Source: Antedon mediterranea
Taxonomy: Eukaryota; Animalia; Echinodermata
Assembly (NCBI RefSeq): GCF_964355755.1
Contig: NC_092670.1
Coordinates: forward strand, 17,222,795 to 17,286,794
DNA: 64,000 bases
Direction: 5' to 3'
Of this stretch, positions 52,660-64,000 are shown one piece after another. The stretch's first letter is position 1; each line of letters opens with the position of its first letter. The notes below the pieces were generated by a model. That model ran no database searches. It had not been told where the DNA came from and worked only from the letters and a program-made list of their open reading frames with translations. Made by a program: the position numbers and the translations under genes.

Positions 52660-53130
52660 CAGTATCGCAAATATTGGTGCTGGTGCAGAAGAGATTCTTA
52701 AAATATTTTTACCTTAAGTCCATAACTGTCAATGAGGTCTTTAATTTCGTCTGTAGAAAAAAACAAAGCTATTGGCTATGATAACCTTCCGGGAAATGAA
52801 TTCGTATTGCTGCGCCCCATATCTCAATGCCTCTTTTTTACATCTTTAATCTTTCGTTCGAACATTCAAAGTTCCAAATTGAACTTAAAATATTTCGCCG
52901 CTATTTAAAAAAAAGGGTTCAAACACGACATAGGAAACTATTATTATATCGACCTGTTTCTGTTTACCGGTGCTATCCAAAGTTAGATGAACGTTTTGTT
53001 AACTTCTTTGACAAATGTAACTTATTTTTTAATCAATACGTTTTCAGAAAAAAAAATAGCACAAAACTTTCTTTAATAAATTTAGTTAACAATCTTTAAT
53101 TTCAGTTAGACAATTAAAAATCAGTTCTTT
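52660..53130 (+). mobile_element. Degenerate non-LTR retrotransposon reverse-transcriptase fragment
   Basis: Frameshifted translation KAIGYDNLP...PLFYIFNLSF...YRPVS...NQYVFRKKNST...LVN is typical of the LINE RT N-terminal region. Confidence 0.8.
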
Positions 53131-54054
53131 TGCCTATTGTTGCTTTCGATTCAAAATAGTGTACCCATTCTTATATACAATGTCAACACTCTAAAACACC
53201 TTGACTTTCAAAAGCAACTGACGAGACAGTTTATGATTCGGCGGCGGGAAAAGCTGCAAGTGACGAAATACATTATTTAAGACAACCGAAAATTGTAACA
53301 AGTTACTTGATAGAAAGAAGATACTTACCAGTGACCAGTATTAGTACCTACAAGAAGTTTTGAAGACCCGAGTTTCTACCTATTGGGACAAGAACTCCAG
53401 AAGTTCTCAATCTATCTACAATGATACACACTCCCACTGCACTACAATGTGCATCAACAACGCAAATGGTTAGTTTATGCATAGATTAAAGAGTCAGCAT
53501 TGGATTTGGAAAATATCAAAAGGTCACACAAATGACCTGCTGAATTAAAGTATTCCACTGCACGTGTTACTTGCTATTTCTGGCGATACTATTTCTCCGT
53601 GCCAAAATATGGATTGGATTAAATGTAAATGTATACTTTTTTAATCCTAGTCCAAAGTCTAAAAAAGGGCACGTTCATTTTAGCCATTATATTTTCATTG
53701 GAGTTAACAATATAAAAATGTTTATCTTGAATAATTTTACTCTGTACTATAACTAATTCTCGGTGACTTGCGGTCAGTCATTTTCAACGCCCATTGAACC
53801 CTAAAGAATGTTTGTGCCAATGTGTTGCCTTTGTCACTATCTTCCTAAGCTACTACAGTATTATGTAAATTTGGCTACTTTAAGATGGTCAAAAACTTGT
53901 GGTGTCCAAAGAACACATTATACAATTAAGACCCTCTTATTTTTTATTTGGTAAAATTGTCTCGTACGGACTATTTTGGTACGAAACAGACGAAGCAGCT
54001 TGGAACTAATCATTCCAAACAACAGTGCGTACATTGTGCGCATTTGAGCAATCC

Positions 54055-55358
54055 GAACGATCTCGTAACTGAACAATCTGAGCGATCTTGTATTTGAACA
54101 GCTTGAACGATCTCGTAACTGAACAATCTGAGCGATCTTGTATTTGAACAGCTTGAACGATCTCGTAACTGAACAATCTGAGCGATCTTGTATTTGAACA
54201 GCTTGAACGATCTCGTAACTGAACAATCTGAGCGATCTTGTATTTGAACAGCTTGAACGATCTCGTAACTGAACAATCTGAGCGATCTTGTATTTGAACA
54301 GCTTGAACGATCTCGTAACTGAACAATCTGAGCGATCTTGTATTTGAACAGCTTGAACGATCTCGTAACTGAACAATCTGAGCGATCTTGTATTTGAACA
54401 GCTTGAACGATCTCGTAACTGAACAATCTGAGCGATCTTGTATTTGAACAGCTTGAACGATCTCGTAACTGAACAATCTGAGCGATCTTGTATTTGAACA
54501 GCTTAAACGATCTCGTAACTGAACAATCTGAGCGATCTTGTATTTGAACAGCTTGAACGATCTCGTAACTGAACAATCTGAGCGATCTTGTATTTGAACA
54601 GCTTGAACGATCTCGTAACTGAACAATCTGAGCGATCTTGTATTTGAACAGCTTGAACGATCTCGTAACTGAACAATCTGAGCGATCTTGTATTTGAACA
54701 GCTTGAACGATCTCGTAACTGAACAATCTGAGCGATCTTGTATTTGAACAGCTTGAACGATCTCGTAACTGAACAATCTGAGCGATCTCGTATTTGAACA
54801 GCTTGAACGATCTCGTAACTGAACAATCTGAGCGATCTTGTATTTGAACAGCTTGAACGATCTCGTAACTGAACAATCTGAGCGATCTCGTATTTGAACA
54901 GCTTGAACGATCTCGTAACTGAACAATCTGAGCGATCTTGTATTTGAACAGCTTGAACGATCTCGTAACTGAACAATCTGAGCGATCTTGTATTTGAACA
55001 GCTTGAACGATCTCGTAACTGAACAATCTGAGCGATCTTGTATTTGAACAGCTTGAACGATCTCGTAACTGAACAATCTGAGCGATCTTGTATTTGAACA
55101 GCTTGAACGATCTCGTAACTGAACAATCTGAGCGATCTTGTATTTGAACAGCTTGAACGATCTCGTAACTGAACAATCTGAGCGATCTTGTATTTGAACA
55201 GCTTGAACGATCTCGTAACTGAACAATCTGAGCGATCTTGTATTTGAACAGCTTGAACGATCTCGTAACTGAACAATCTGAGCGATCTTGTATTTGAACA
55301 GCTTGAACGATCTCGTAACTGAACAATCTGAGCGATCTTGTATTTGAACAGCTTGAAC
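54055..55358. repeat. 50-bp minisatellite, ~26 nearly perfect copies, dimer of two 25-bp subunits
   Basis: Unit AACGATCTCGTAACTGAACAATCTG-AGCGATCTTGTATTTGAACAGCTTG; I saw only three variant positions (~54505, ~54789, ~54889); no spacers. Confidence 0.97.
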
Positions 55359-56711
55359 TACCTGCATTATGCCATTATTCTTCATACATTGCTTTCTGCA
55401 TTTATATATGTGAAATTTGGTCTATAATTAAAAAAAAACGTACAACATATTTTGTGTAAAGTTGATAAAGAAAATACTTCGCTACAAAATGGTATTGATA
55501 GGAGCTCTTTATCCAATCACACATTATCTTTCAAATATACATGGATTCCATAGAAATAAATATACATTCTGACAATTTGAATACGTTGACAAATATATAC
55601 AGGTACATAAAAAGATATACTGTAGATATCTGGTAGGTGCATGCGTGTTACAATGACCGTTATATCGTTCCAGCGAACTAATCGTCGCAGATCTAAAGGC
55701 TGCTACACACTAGGACGATAACGATCAATAGATAAACATACTTTTTAAGGGTCTTGAGCACTTGTGGATATGTGTGCTTTATAAATCTTATCGTTTCTTA
55801 CATAAAACAACAGAAATTAGCAAAGTTTTCATCCTAAAACTATATAATAACCATCTATGCAATCAAATGACGTCATGATCAATAAAAACAATAAAATCGT
55901 TATATCGTCACGATATTATTGCTCTTACAAATCATGACGTTATTTGATTGGACTTGAAAGTATTATTTTCATAAAAGAATAAATGGTTATTCTATAGTTC
56001 TAAGATGAAAACTTTTTTTGTTTTATTTTATATAAGAAAAATGCCTATTTATCTATTTACCATCGATCGTTTTCGTGTCAATGGGCCTGAACTGACTGTG
56101 TACAGTTGAAATGCATAAATGTATTATTACTGTATTTATTTAGAGCCTGTAGTAGTAGAGGATAGCAACAAAACATTTCTAAAAGTGAACCTAGAGTAAC
56201 TGTAGACTATGTCATGTGGTTAGCTGTTAAGAGTACTGTCAATACAATAACACATTATCACAGGATGATTGGAACTATACTACTCTCAGTTTACAGGACA
56301 TACATCAATGGATGGATTTGTGCATGATACATATTATAACACAACTCTCATAAAATATTATATTGCTGCTTCTTTAAAAATGATAGCTAATCTATGTAAA
56401 TGCATCATAGTACTACAGTATATAAAATCACTTAACAAGAGGTTTTTACAGAAAAAAAGCAGGAGTAATCCATCAAGGATAGATTTTTTAGAACTATTCA
56501 TAAAAAATCATGGATTACTAAAACACATGAGGTATAACTTACAAGCACATAAGTCCAGAAATGTTGGGTTAGAGGTCAATTTACCTCCTAAATGTATTAT
56601 GGGAACATATCACTTGTAACCTTGCACTGTACCACAAAAATCGTCCCTTTACAAGCAATATTTGACATATTATTATAATATTTGATTTAGTAGTTCTTTT
56701 TTCCTACTAAA

Positions 56712-59700
56712 TCAGATAACAGCATGGCACAATGGACAAGTGCTAACACTCCTTATCTCATCATCATATGCACGATGTTTACATACTCCGCATGACCAGC
56801 TCTGATAATCCATTAGAGGGCGCCCGGTCATTATACACCTTGAAAATTTAGTATCGCAACTTGGACACACAGAAGACCTGTTTAAAAAAGAAAAGACAAT
56901 ATTAACTTTATTTTCTTAATTTGGTTATTGGCAAACAGTTAAATTGATAGATGACAAATATACACTGCATTATATATGTTTACAATTTTAAAAGTCTGAA
57001 TAATAGCCAGTCTCCTAAAAAGTAAATATGGGATTTTAATTTTTCAGCATAAAAAAAAAAAAAAAACAGAACAAAAACAAGGTTGGGGGAGGGATGGGGA
57101 AAAAAAGTTTGAGTTGGGATGGGAAATGATGCCAATTCTATTTTCTAAACAAAGTTCAATTATATTGCTTAGTCTGAACATGACCAGAGCAGCGAGAATA
57201 TAATTTTAGATGACAAGCATTCTAAACTGTAAATGTTTGTAATAATCAAAAATGATACGAACCAATCAGGAATCATGCTTCCACAGCTACTACACTCAGA
57301 TGCATTGGTTCTTAAATCCTTTGGAGCATGTCTAGTTGAAACAGAAAAAAAAAACAATATTAATTTATTTAAAAATATATTGTCCCCCTAAAAACTATTT
57401 TATCCACATTTTTTTTTTAATATGCTATTTTAATGTCACATAATAGTTATTCACTTTGACCAAAACTGGATAGAAAAAAAAAACTTATTTACCTGAAAAA
57501 AATGTAATTTAAAGCAAGAAATTGTCTGTCAGACAATGGTTTTTGGTTAAAATTAAATGTTTCTTTGGTCTTTTTAAGTGAAATAATTACTTTTTTACAT
57601 AAGTAAAAATAACTTTATTAAAATGGCCTATTTAAAGTCTGATTTTATTAATCTTCATTTTTCATGTTTTTGGGGGACATTACATCTTTAAGCATTATTT
57701 AATATTAGAACATGCACTTTTATTTCAGAATCACACAATAGATTGGTGTGCTCTCTGGATGTATGAATACAAGGAACTACAAAAAAGGGGCATGTTATAT
57801 GCTTAAAAGCATAAAGATTACCTATAATAAATATATCAATTATTTTTTTCCATAAATGTTGATCTTCAAAAAGTTATTAGAAAACTGTTAGCAGAGAAAA
57901 ACAGTGTTTAAAGAAAAATGCTGCATTCACTATTGCAAAATATTGTATTTATCTCTGACTGATTCAATATTTGTCACACCTTAACAATATTATATTCAAT
58001 TCAACTTTATTTCAGACAAACTGTCCTTATAAAACATATAATACAATAAACAAAAATAGAAAGAAATAGAAAGCATTATGTGACAACTGTCATGGAGAGA
58101 AGACTAAGAATTACTGTTGACGTATAGAACCTCTCTCCACTTAAAATACATTTTGGAATCGAACAATAATTACCAATACTCACTTAGTAAATATATCCAA
58201 GGCTAGTTCTTCATAATGTTGTCTTTGTTCCTGCGTCAGACTTTCCAGGGATTCAAGCTTAATGAATGCCTTCGAGCAGGTTCCAAATGCCCTGTTGGCA
58301 CAGGCGGCTAGGCCTAGAAGTGAGTGGATGTCTGAAGCAGGTATTACATCATCAAATTCACACAGGTATAATGCAGTTCTCATACTGGCATCCACGTATC
58401 CTACCAATACAGATGCAAAAGTGATAATTCACATATTAAATAAGGCTATATACATAATGTATGCCATTCCAAGAGGTCAGAATTCATTTATAAGATCACT
58501 GAGTACAAAATACATATAACAATTCTGTAGAAAAAAAATGTATACAATTCCATGTAAAAATGCATTATATAAAGCACACTTGAGGACGCTGAAATCTACA
58601 TAAAATGTATACAAATTCGGTAGATAGCAAACATGCACACCATATTTTGTACACTTGTCTGCCAACAAGTATTTTAGAAAAATTCCTAGCATTAAACAGG
58701 ATTTGAACCAAAGACCTTGGGATTTGTAGGCAAGCATCACAACCAACACACTACTTTTATAATTCTGTGAAAAAAAATCTGTTGATCAATGGCATTATTT
58801 GTTATCTAATCATACCTTGATAGAGTTGCCTCTGAGCTAGTAGGAAGAAGTGGTATGCCTCAGCACCACGCCATGCATTATCAATAAACTTGGTATCACC
58901 TGAAGCTACTGCATCCTCCTCTAGTAGACCAGCTAAAGCTGAGCTAGCCTGTGAAAGAATAATATATAGAGTAATAAGATGAACTAAGTATCACCAGAAG
59001 CTACTACATCCTCCTCTAATAGACCAGCTAAAGCTGAGCTAGTCTGTAAAAGAATAATATATAGAGTAATAAGATGAACTAAGTATCACCAGAAGCTACT
59101 GCATCCTCCTCTAGTAGACCAGCTAAAGCTGAGCTAGTCTGTAAAAGAATAATATATAGAGTAATAAGATAAACTAAGTATCACCAGAAGCTACTGCATC
59201 CTCCTCTAGTAGACCAGCTAAAGCTGAGCTAGTCTGTAAAAGAATAATATATAGAGTAATAAGATGAACTAAGTATCACCAGAAGCTACTGCATCCTCCT
59301 CTAGTAGACCAGCTAAAGCTGAGCTAGTCTGTAAAAGAATAATATATAGAGTAATAAGATGAACTAAGTATCACCAGAAGCTACTGCATCCTCCTCTAGT
59401 AGACCAGCTAAAGCTGAGCTAGTCTGTAAAAGAATAATATATAGAGTAATAAGATGAACTAAGTATCACCAGAAGCTACTGCATCCTCCTCTAGTAGACC
59501 AGCTAAAGCTGAGCTAGTCTGTAAAAGAATAATATATAGAGTAATAAGATGAACTTAGTATCAGCTGAGGTCAAAGTATGTTAAGTCAAATTAATTTAAT
59601 AAATAAAAACATTTTTTGGCTATGATAATATTAATTTTGAGATTTCTGATTCCTTTTTGTTGGATAATGCTCTACAGTACTTACATCAGCTCCTTTGCGG

Positions 59701-62700
59701 CTCTTTGATTTCAGACGACTAGATAGTTTCATCTTTTCATGGTAGTTTTCAATCTATTTAAAAACAGTAAAGTTTATTATAGACCATATAGTGGACATTT
59801 ATCAAATGCCTTGACCAAGGGTATGGTCAAATGTAGCATCTTATCTTGGTAATAATTTTATAAAGGCTGGGAACCAACATGCACATGGTACCCGACACAG
59901 TTATTTTAATTTTGTTCCACCAATCTCTTGTAATGTTATAGATGGCACATTTTATGCTTCAGCAATTAAAGAATGGAACAAATTACCAAGTACGATAAAA
60001 AGTACTGAGAGTGTAAATGTATTTAGAAATTTAGTTAAAAACAATCTCGCATCGAAACGGCATAGCATCTAAACTTATTTTTAACTTTTAATTCCAATGG
60101 AAATAAACCCGAGTTATTGGTTTTCTTGGACGATCCTGATCGAAATCACTTTTTCTCCCCCTTTTTATCTCTTTTAAGATTTCTTAATGGTTTTTAAATA
60201 TTTTACAAATATTTTAAACTTTGTTTTTTATACGGTTTTAGATGTTTTAAAATATTTTTATCATTGTTTTATATGTTGTTTTTATACTGTTTTATTCATG
60301 AACCTTTTTTACTTGTTTTTATGTGATTTTGATCAAATAAATGAATGAATGAATATGTTATATCTATTATGTAACACATTGATTGAAGAAGGTGATGTAC
60401 TGCAATAATAATATTTTATCCATTTATATAGCACAAATTCCATATTTATGTTCAAATGATGCTTTTCACATTATTATCCGGTTATTTTGATCAAACAGGC
60501 ATACCACAAGTATACCAGTAGAGGCAGCAGTATAGATTTAAAGCACATCTTGATGTAATAATAAGAGTGAACACAGAGCTTTACAAAACATAAATACTTA
60601 CCAGTAAGGCAGCAGTATAGATTTAAAGCACATCTTGATGTAATAATAAGAGTGAACACAGAGCTTTACAAAACATAAATACTTACAAGTAGAGGCAGCA
60701 GTATAGATTTAAAGCACATCTTGATGTAATAATAAGAGTGAACACAGAGCTTTACAAAACATAAATACTTACCAGTAAGGCAGCCAGTGTATACATCTTT
60801 TTAGTTCTCAAAGGTTTCACTTTCTTTTTACTATATTCTTCAGCAATCTGAAATAAAAATAAACTTATATATAAACTTAAATATTATTGTATTACAGTTG
60901 AAAAATATCAATGAAGACAAATTAAATTGTTACTTTTATATGGTTTTATTTACAGGTGATCCATAATTTATCACAAAAGGCTCTGTTTTGAGATTTAGCT
61001 TTTCGTTTAATTTGTATCTCATTTGTCATTTTGAAAGAAATTTGGCAAAAAAATAATTGAAATATAATTTTGACATAAAATTTATTACCTGAAACATAAG
61101 CTTAGCAGCTTCTAAGAAATGATTAGCCTTGCGATACAGTTCAATAGCCTGTAATTTCTTGTCCTTATCCAGTAGGTGAGCTGCATACTTGGCTAGTAGA
61201 TTATCAATCTCTTTAATATTGTGATTCTTTGCTAGCTCAACAGCTTGGTCCCATTGGTTTAGCTCAACACATACATCAACAGCTTTCTTCACATTATTGC
61301 ACTGAAAATAACCATACAAGTGACATCTAGTCCCAAAAACTTAATCCAATAAGATAATTTGCAAAATTACATGACTCGGTGTAACTTTTAACAGCTTCTC
61401 AGATAATTGACAGATGCTGCAGTCATTGAAAGCCCATCATCCTTCATTAGAAAAGTTCACATTCATTTTGATTCGCTATAACTGTATTCTGTGTCTTTTA
61501 GGTGGTGTAAAATGTCTTTGGGGTTGGGTCAACCGGCTCCGCTACAGTGATTAAATTCAGTTAGGTTAACCCTGGTCTCCCTAATTTCTGATTTTTAAAA
61601 ATGTTTTTTATGTATATATTGATATAGACTGAATAAATAATGAAATGAAATCCTGTATTACTATAAAATACTGTATTTTCTTTCTACCTTTAGATAAGCA
61701 GTTACTGCTTCCTCACACATACCAACAGTAACAAACATTGCAGAAATCTCCTAAAAAAGTAATAGAAAAAATTAAAAAATGGACACTGAAAGTCAATTCT
61801 TGATTGTTACAATACATTTAAATTACAGTCTCTTTTAACTGAATGCAATAAAAACCTTACCGGTAGTAGCTTGTGGTTCTCTGGGAGTGCATCAGCCAGT
61901 TTCTGTAGACCATTGAAATCCTCCAACATGTAATAACACTCTGCCAATCTCTCTTGATTTCTGCCCTGTACGTAGTATGTGACTGCTTGCTGCCATTTCT
62001 GTCGATCTGCAAAGTAATCCCCGATAGCATTCCACGCCAACTCTAACTGCGTGTCATCACCCCCACCACCACTCTTCAGAAGCTGAACAACACGGAACCA
62101 ATCACCAAGTTTGACTCGGAGATTTACAGCTAGATCACTAGTATACAAATAATGATTGGTTAACAAAATTAACCAATCAAATAGCAAGGATACATTCAGG
62201 TGTGTCATATTAAAATTTAATGTCTCTTATTTATTTATTTATATATGTCTTTATACTGAATGACACTTTAAGTGCTAACGCATTGATTTCCAAAGTGGTT
62301 CAGTAGAGAAACATAAACAATATAATAAAAATAATTCAAAGACAACTAACAAAGTAATTTTCATTTAAGTACACACACATTTACAAAAAGGTAACTATCT
62401 ACAAAACATATACAGTAAAAATATATAATAGAATGAATTTAGGGTAAAAGATACTTGTATTGCTGATGTTGTTGCGTTTATTTATGGGTTTGGAAAAAGC
62501 ATTAAGCAATATTTGGTCATGAGTTCACTCTCAAACTTGATCCAATTTCACATAACATGAATGCACCAAAGCTATGTTTGACGTATACCAGACAACTTTA
62601 TATTGGTGAATACCAGGTCTAATTCAGGCTTTGTGTGTGTGAACGCCAGTCCTGATACTTTTACGAGTTCAAATAATTACCGTCTATCCATTTCTAAATA

Positions 62701-63954
62701 CATTCTCTCTGCCTCCTCAAACCTCTTGAAGTAGGCTGCCACTTCAGCACTACGCATCACCTCACTCTGCAGATTACCAAGTCGTTTTACAAGCTCAATC
62801 CCTTGATAGTCTTTGCAGCGTACAAAGGCTTGTTCAGCTGTCTTTAGGTCTAGTATCTCTAGAGAAGCTTCAGCCAACAAACGCCTGTCAAGAAAGTCCA
62901 AACAAAAATGATATTGATATGATGTAAATGGAAAGGTAAGTCTAGTATTCATTTATGAACGTAGGGGAATGAGCTGTTAGGAGCTCATTTTACTAAGCCT
63001 CTGCATTATGTGGTAGGGTGGCCAGTTCCTTTCCATGTCGCCTTATCGTCCCTAGTATTTTCAACCAAGTAATCATTTACAGCTGAGTAGACTGGGAGTT
63101 GTAAAAAATTGAGGATGTGTTATAATACGCTTTACAGCTTCACAGGGACCTAATATCATCAAGCCAGTATAACAGTATCTTCTGCTTTTTATAAATAACT
63201 TAAAATCTCACCATAATCTTGGATGTGGGTTATCTTCAATAAATTGTGCTGCTTCTTCTATTCCAACTTTCTCTAGTAAATCTCTTGTGTCTCGTAAAGA
63301 CTGTCAAAACATAAAATAATTAGAGTTAATAATTAAAATATTGATAATAATCGGTTTCATCTTCTTTTATATTTAAATACACATTCTACAGCAAGCTAAC
63401 TTGCCACTCTTACAAGATCAATAAACATATTATGCTTATAAACTAAGTCTCATTTGAGGTTAAAGATGTATTGTCCCCCAAAATCAAATAATTAAATCAG
63501 ACTTTGAATAGGTCATTTTTTAGGTTGAATAAAGTTTACTTTCATAAAAAATAAAATGGTTAAATTCAACCAAAACCTCCCACTGGCTGGCAGCCAATTT
63601 AACTATTTTTTGCTTTAAATTACAGTGTTTCAGGTAAATAATTTTGTTCTCATCCAATTTTTGGGCAAAGTGAATAACTATTAGGTAACATTAAAATTAC
63701 ACGATACATTTTTTTTTAAAAGAATTATTTTTTCAGGGGGACAATACATCATTAAGGGAGTGGAATAGAAAAAGTTGGAACTTGACCCTGGGATAGCATA
63801 TTACAGCTCCACTATTTCTTATTACCTTAATGTCCATATCAATAAGGTTGTCTTTACTAGGATGTTCTGAGTCTTTCATGATCTCATCCAGAAGTACTGA
63901 TCGGATCTGAAGATCTTCAAAATGACAGATGTATCCAGAACTGAGAATTGGTTC
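56712..63954 (-). CDS. WDR35: WD repeat-containing protein 35 / IFT121 (IFT-A subunit), 3' portion; 5' exons lie beyond the window
   Basis: Exons 63826-63954, 63212-63300, 62681-62884, 61861-62137, 61688-61750, 61089-61301, 60773-60847, 59685-59753, 58816-58948, 58184-58400, 57263-57331, 56712-56877. Translation [11 protein letters not shown]...SLRDTRDLL...[13 protein letters not shown]...[14 protein letters not shown]...[13 protein letters not shown]...[14 protein letters not shown]...[20 protein letters not shown]...[12 protein letters not shown]...CPLCH is characteristic of WDR35. Confidence 0.96.
57369..57691. mobile_element. TTAA-flanked MITE (Kolobok-like termini), copy 3, opposite orientation
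   Basis: TTAA-AAATATATTGTCCCCC ... GGGGGACATTACATCT-TTAA. Confidence 0.8.
58893..59563. repeat. 95-bp tandem repeat, 7 copies, spanning a WDR35 3' splice site
   Basis: GTATCACC...GAACTAA units at 58893, 58988, 59083, 59178, 59273, 59368, 59463; each has 56 nt of exon-derived sequence plus the acceptor. Confidence 0.96.
59880..60355 (+). mobile_element. LINE 3' end remnant in a WDR35 intron
   Basis: [19 protein letters not shown]...FRNLVK, then a T-rich UTR ending AATAAATGAATGAATGAAT. Confidence 0.7.
60514..60790. repeat. ~85-bp tandem repeat, ~3.3 copies, spanning a WDR35 5' splice site
   Basis: ...ATAAATACTTAC(C/A)AGTA(A/GA)GGCAGC... recurs at ~60595, ~60680 and ~60766. Confidence 0.9.
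63460..63755. mobile_element. TTAA-flanked MITE (Kolobok-like termini), copy 4
   Basis: TTAA-AGATGTATTGTCCCCC ... GGGGGACAATACATCA-TTAA. Confidence 0.8.
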
Positions 63955-64000
63955 CTGTAAAATTAAAATAATAATAAAAAATCAATATATTTAAGAAGTT

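Noticed and set aside
54055-55358. CRISPR-like regular array, and 257-459-aa ORFs over it
   Set aside because: No unique spacers, no cas genes and a eukaryotic context. The ORFs arise because the 50-bp unit lacks stop codons on one strand.

Overview
AT-rich animal genomic DNA with spliceosomal (GT-AG) genes; it is not prokaryotic and has no CRISPR array. An invertebrate deuterostome origin is my inference, not something the sequence proves. Manual exon reconstruction gives: (1) a complete 37-exon, ~3081-aa polycystin-1-family gene on the minus strand (30157->2516; signal peptide, WSC, PKD repeats, REJ-like region, GPS, PLAT, channel domain); (2) a 5-exon METTL23 (minus); (3) three MFSD8/CLN7-like transporter genes: an intact minus-strand copy A, its ~5.7-kb tandem duplicate B carrying frameshifts, and a divergently oriented plus-strand copy C, the only one with an N-terminal dileucine lysosomal motif; (4) the 3' part of WDR35/IFT121 (minus). 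Non-coding DNA holds several minisatellites, MITE families, LINE/SINE remnants and three hammerhead-ribozyme-like motifs. The most notable signals are: recurring TA-GGCC-TA / TA-C(A/T)G-TA insertions that look like transposon excision footprints and differ between the duplicated genes; tandem arrays that multiply WDR35 splice sites; the hammerhead-like motifs; a satellite built entirely of hairpins; and the evolutionary trace of the MFSD8 cluster. All coordinates were read by eye and may be off by a few bases.
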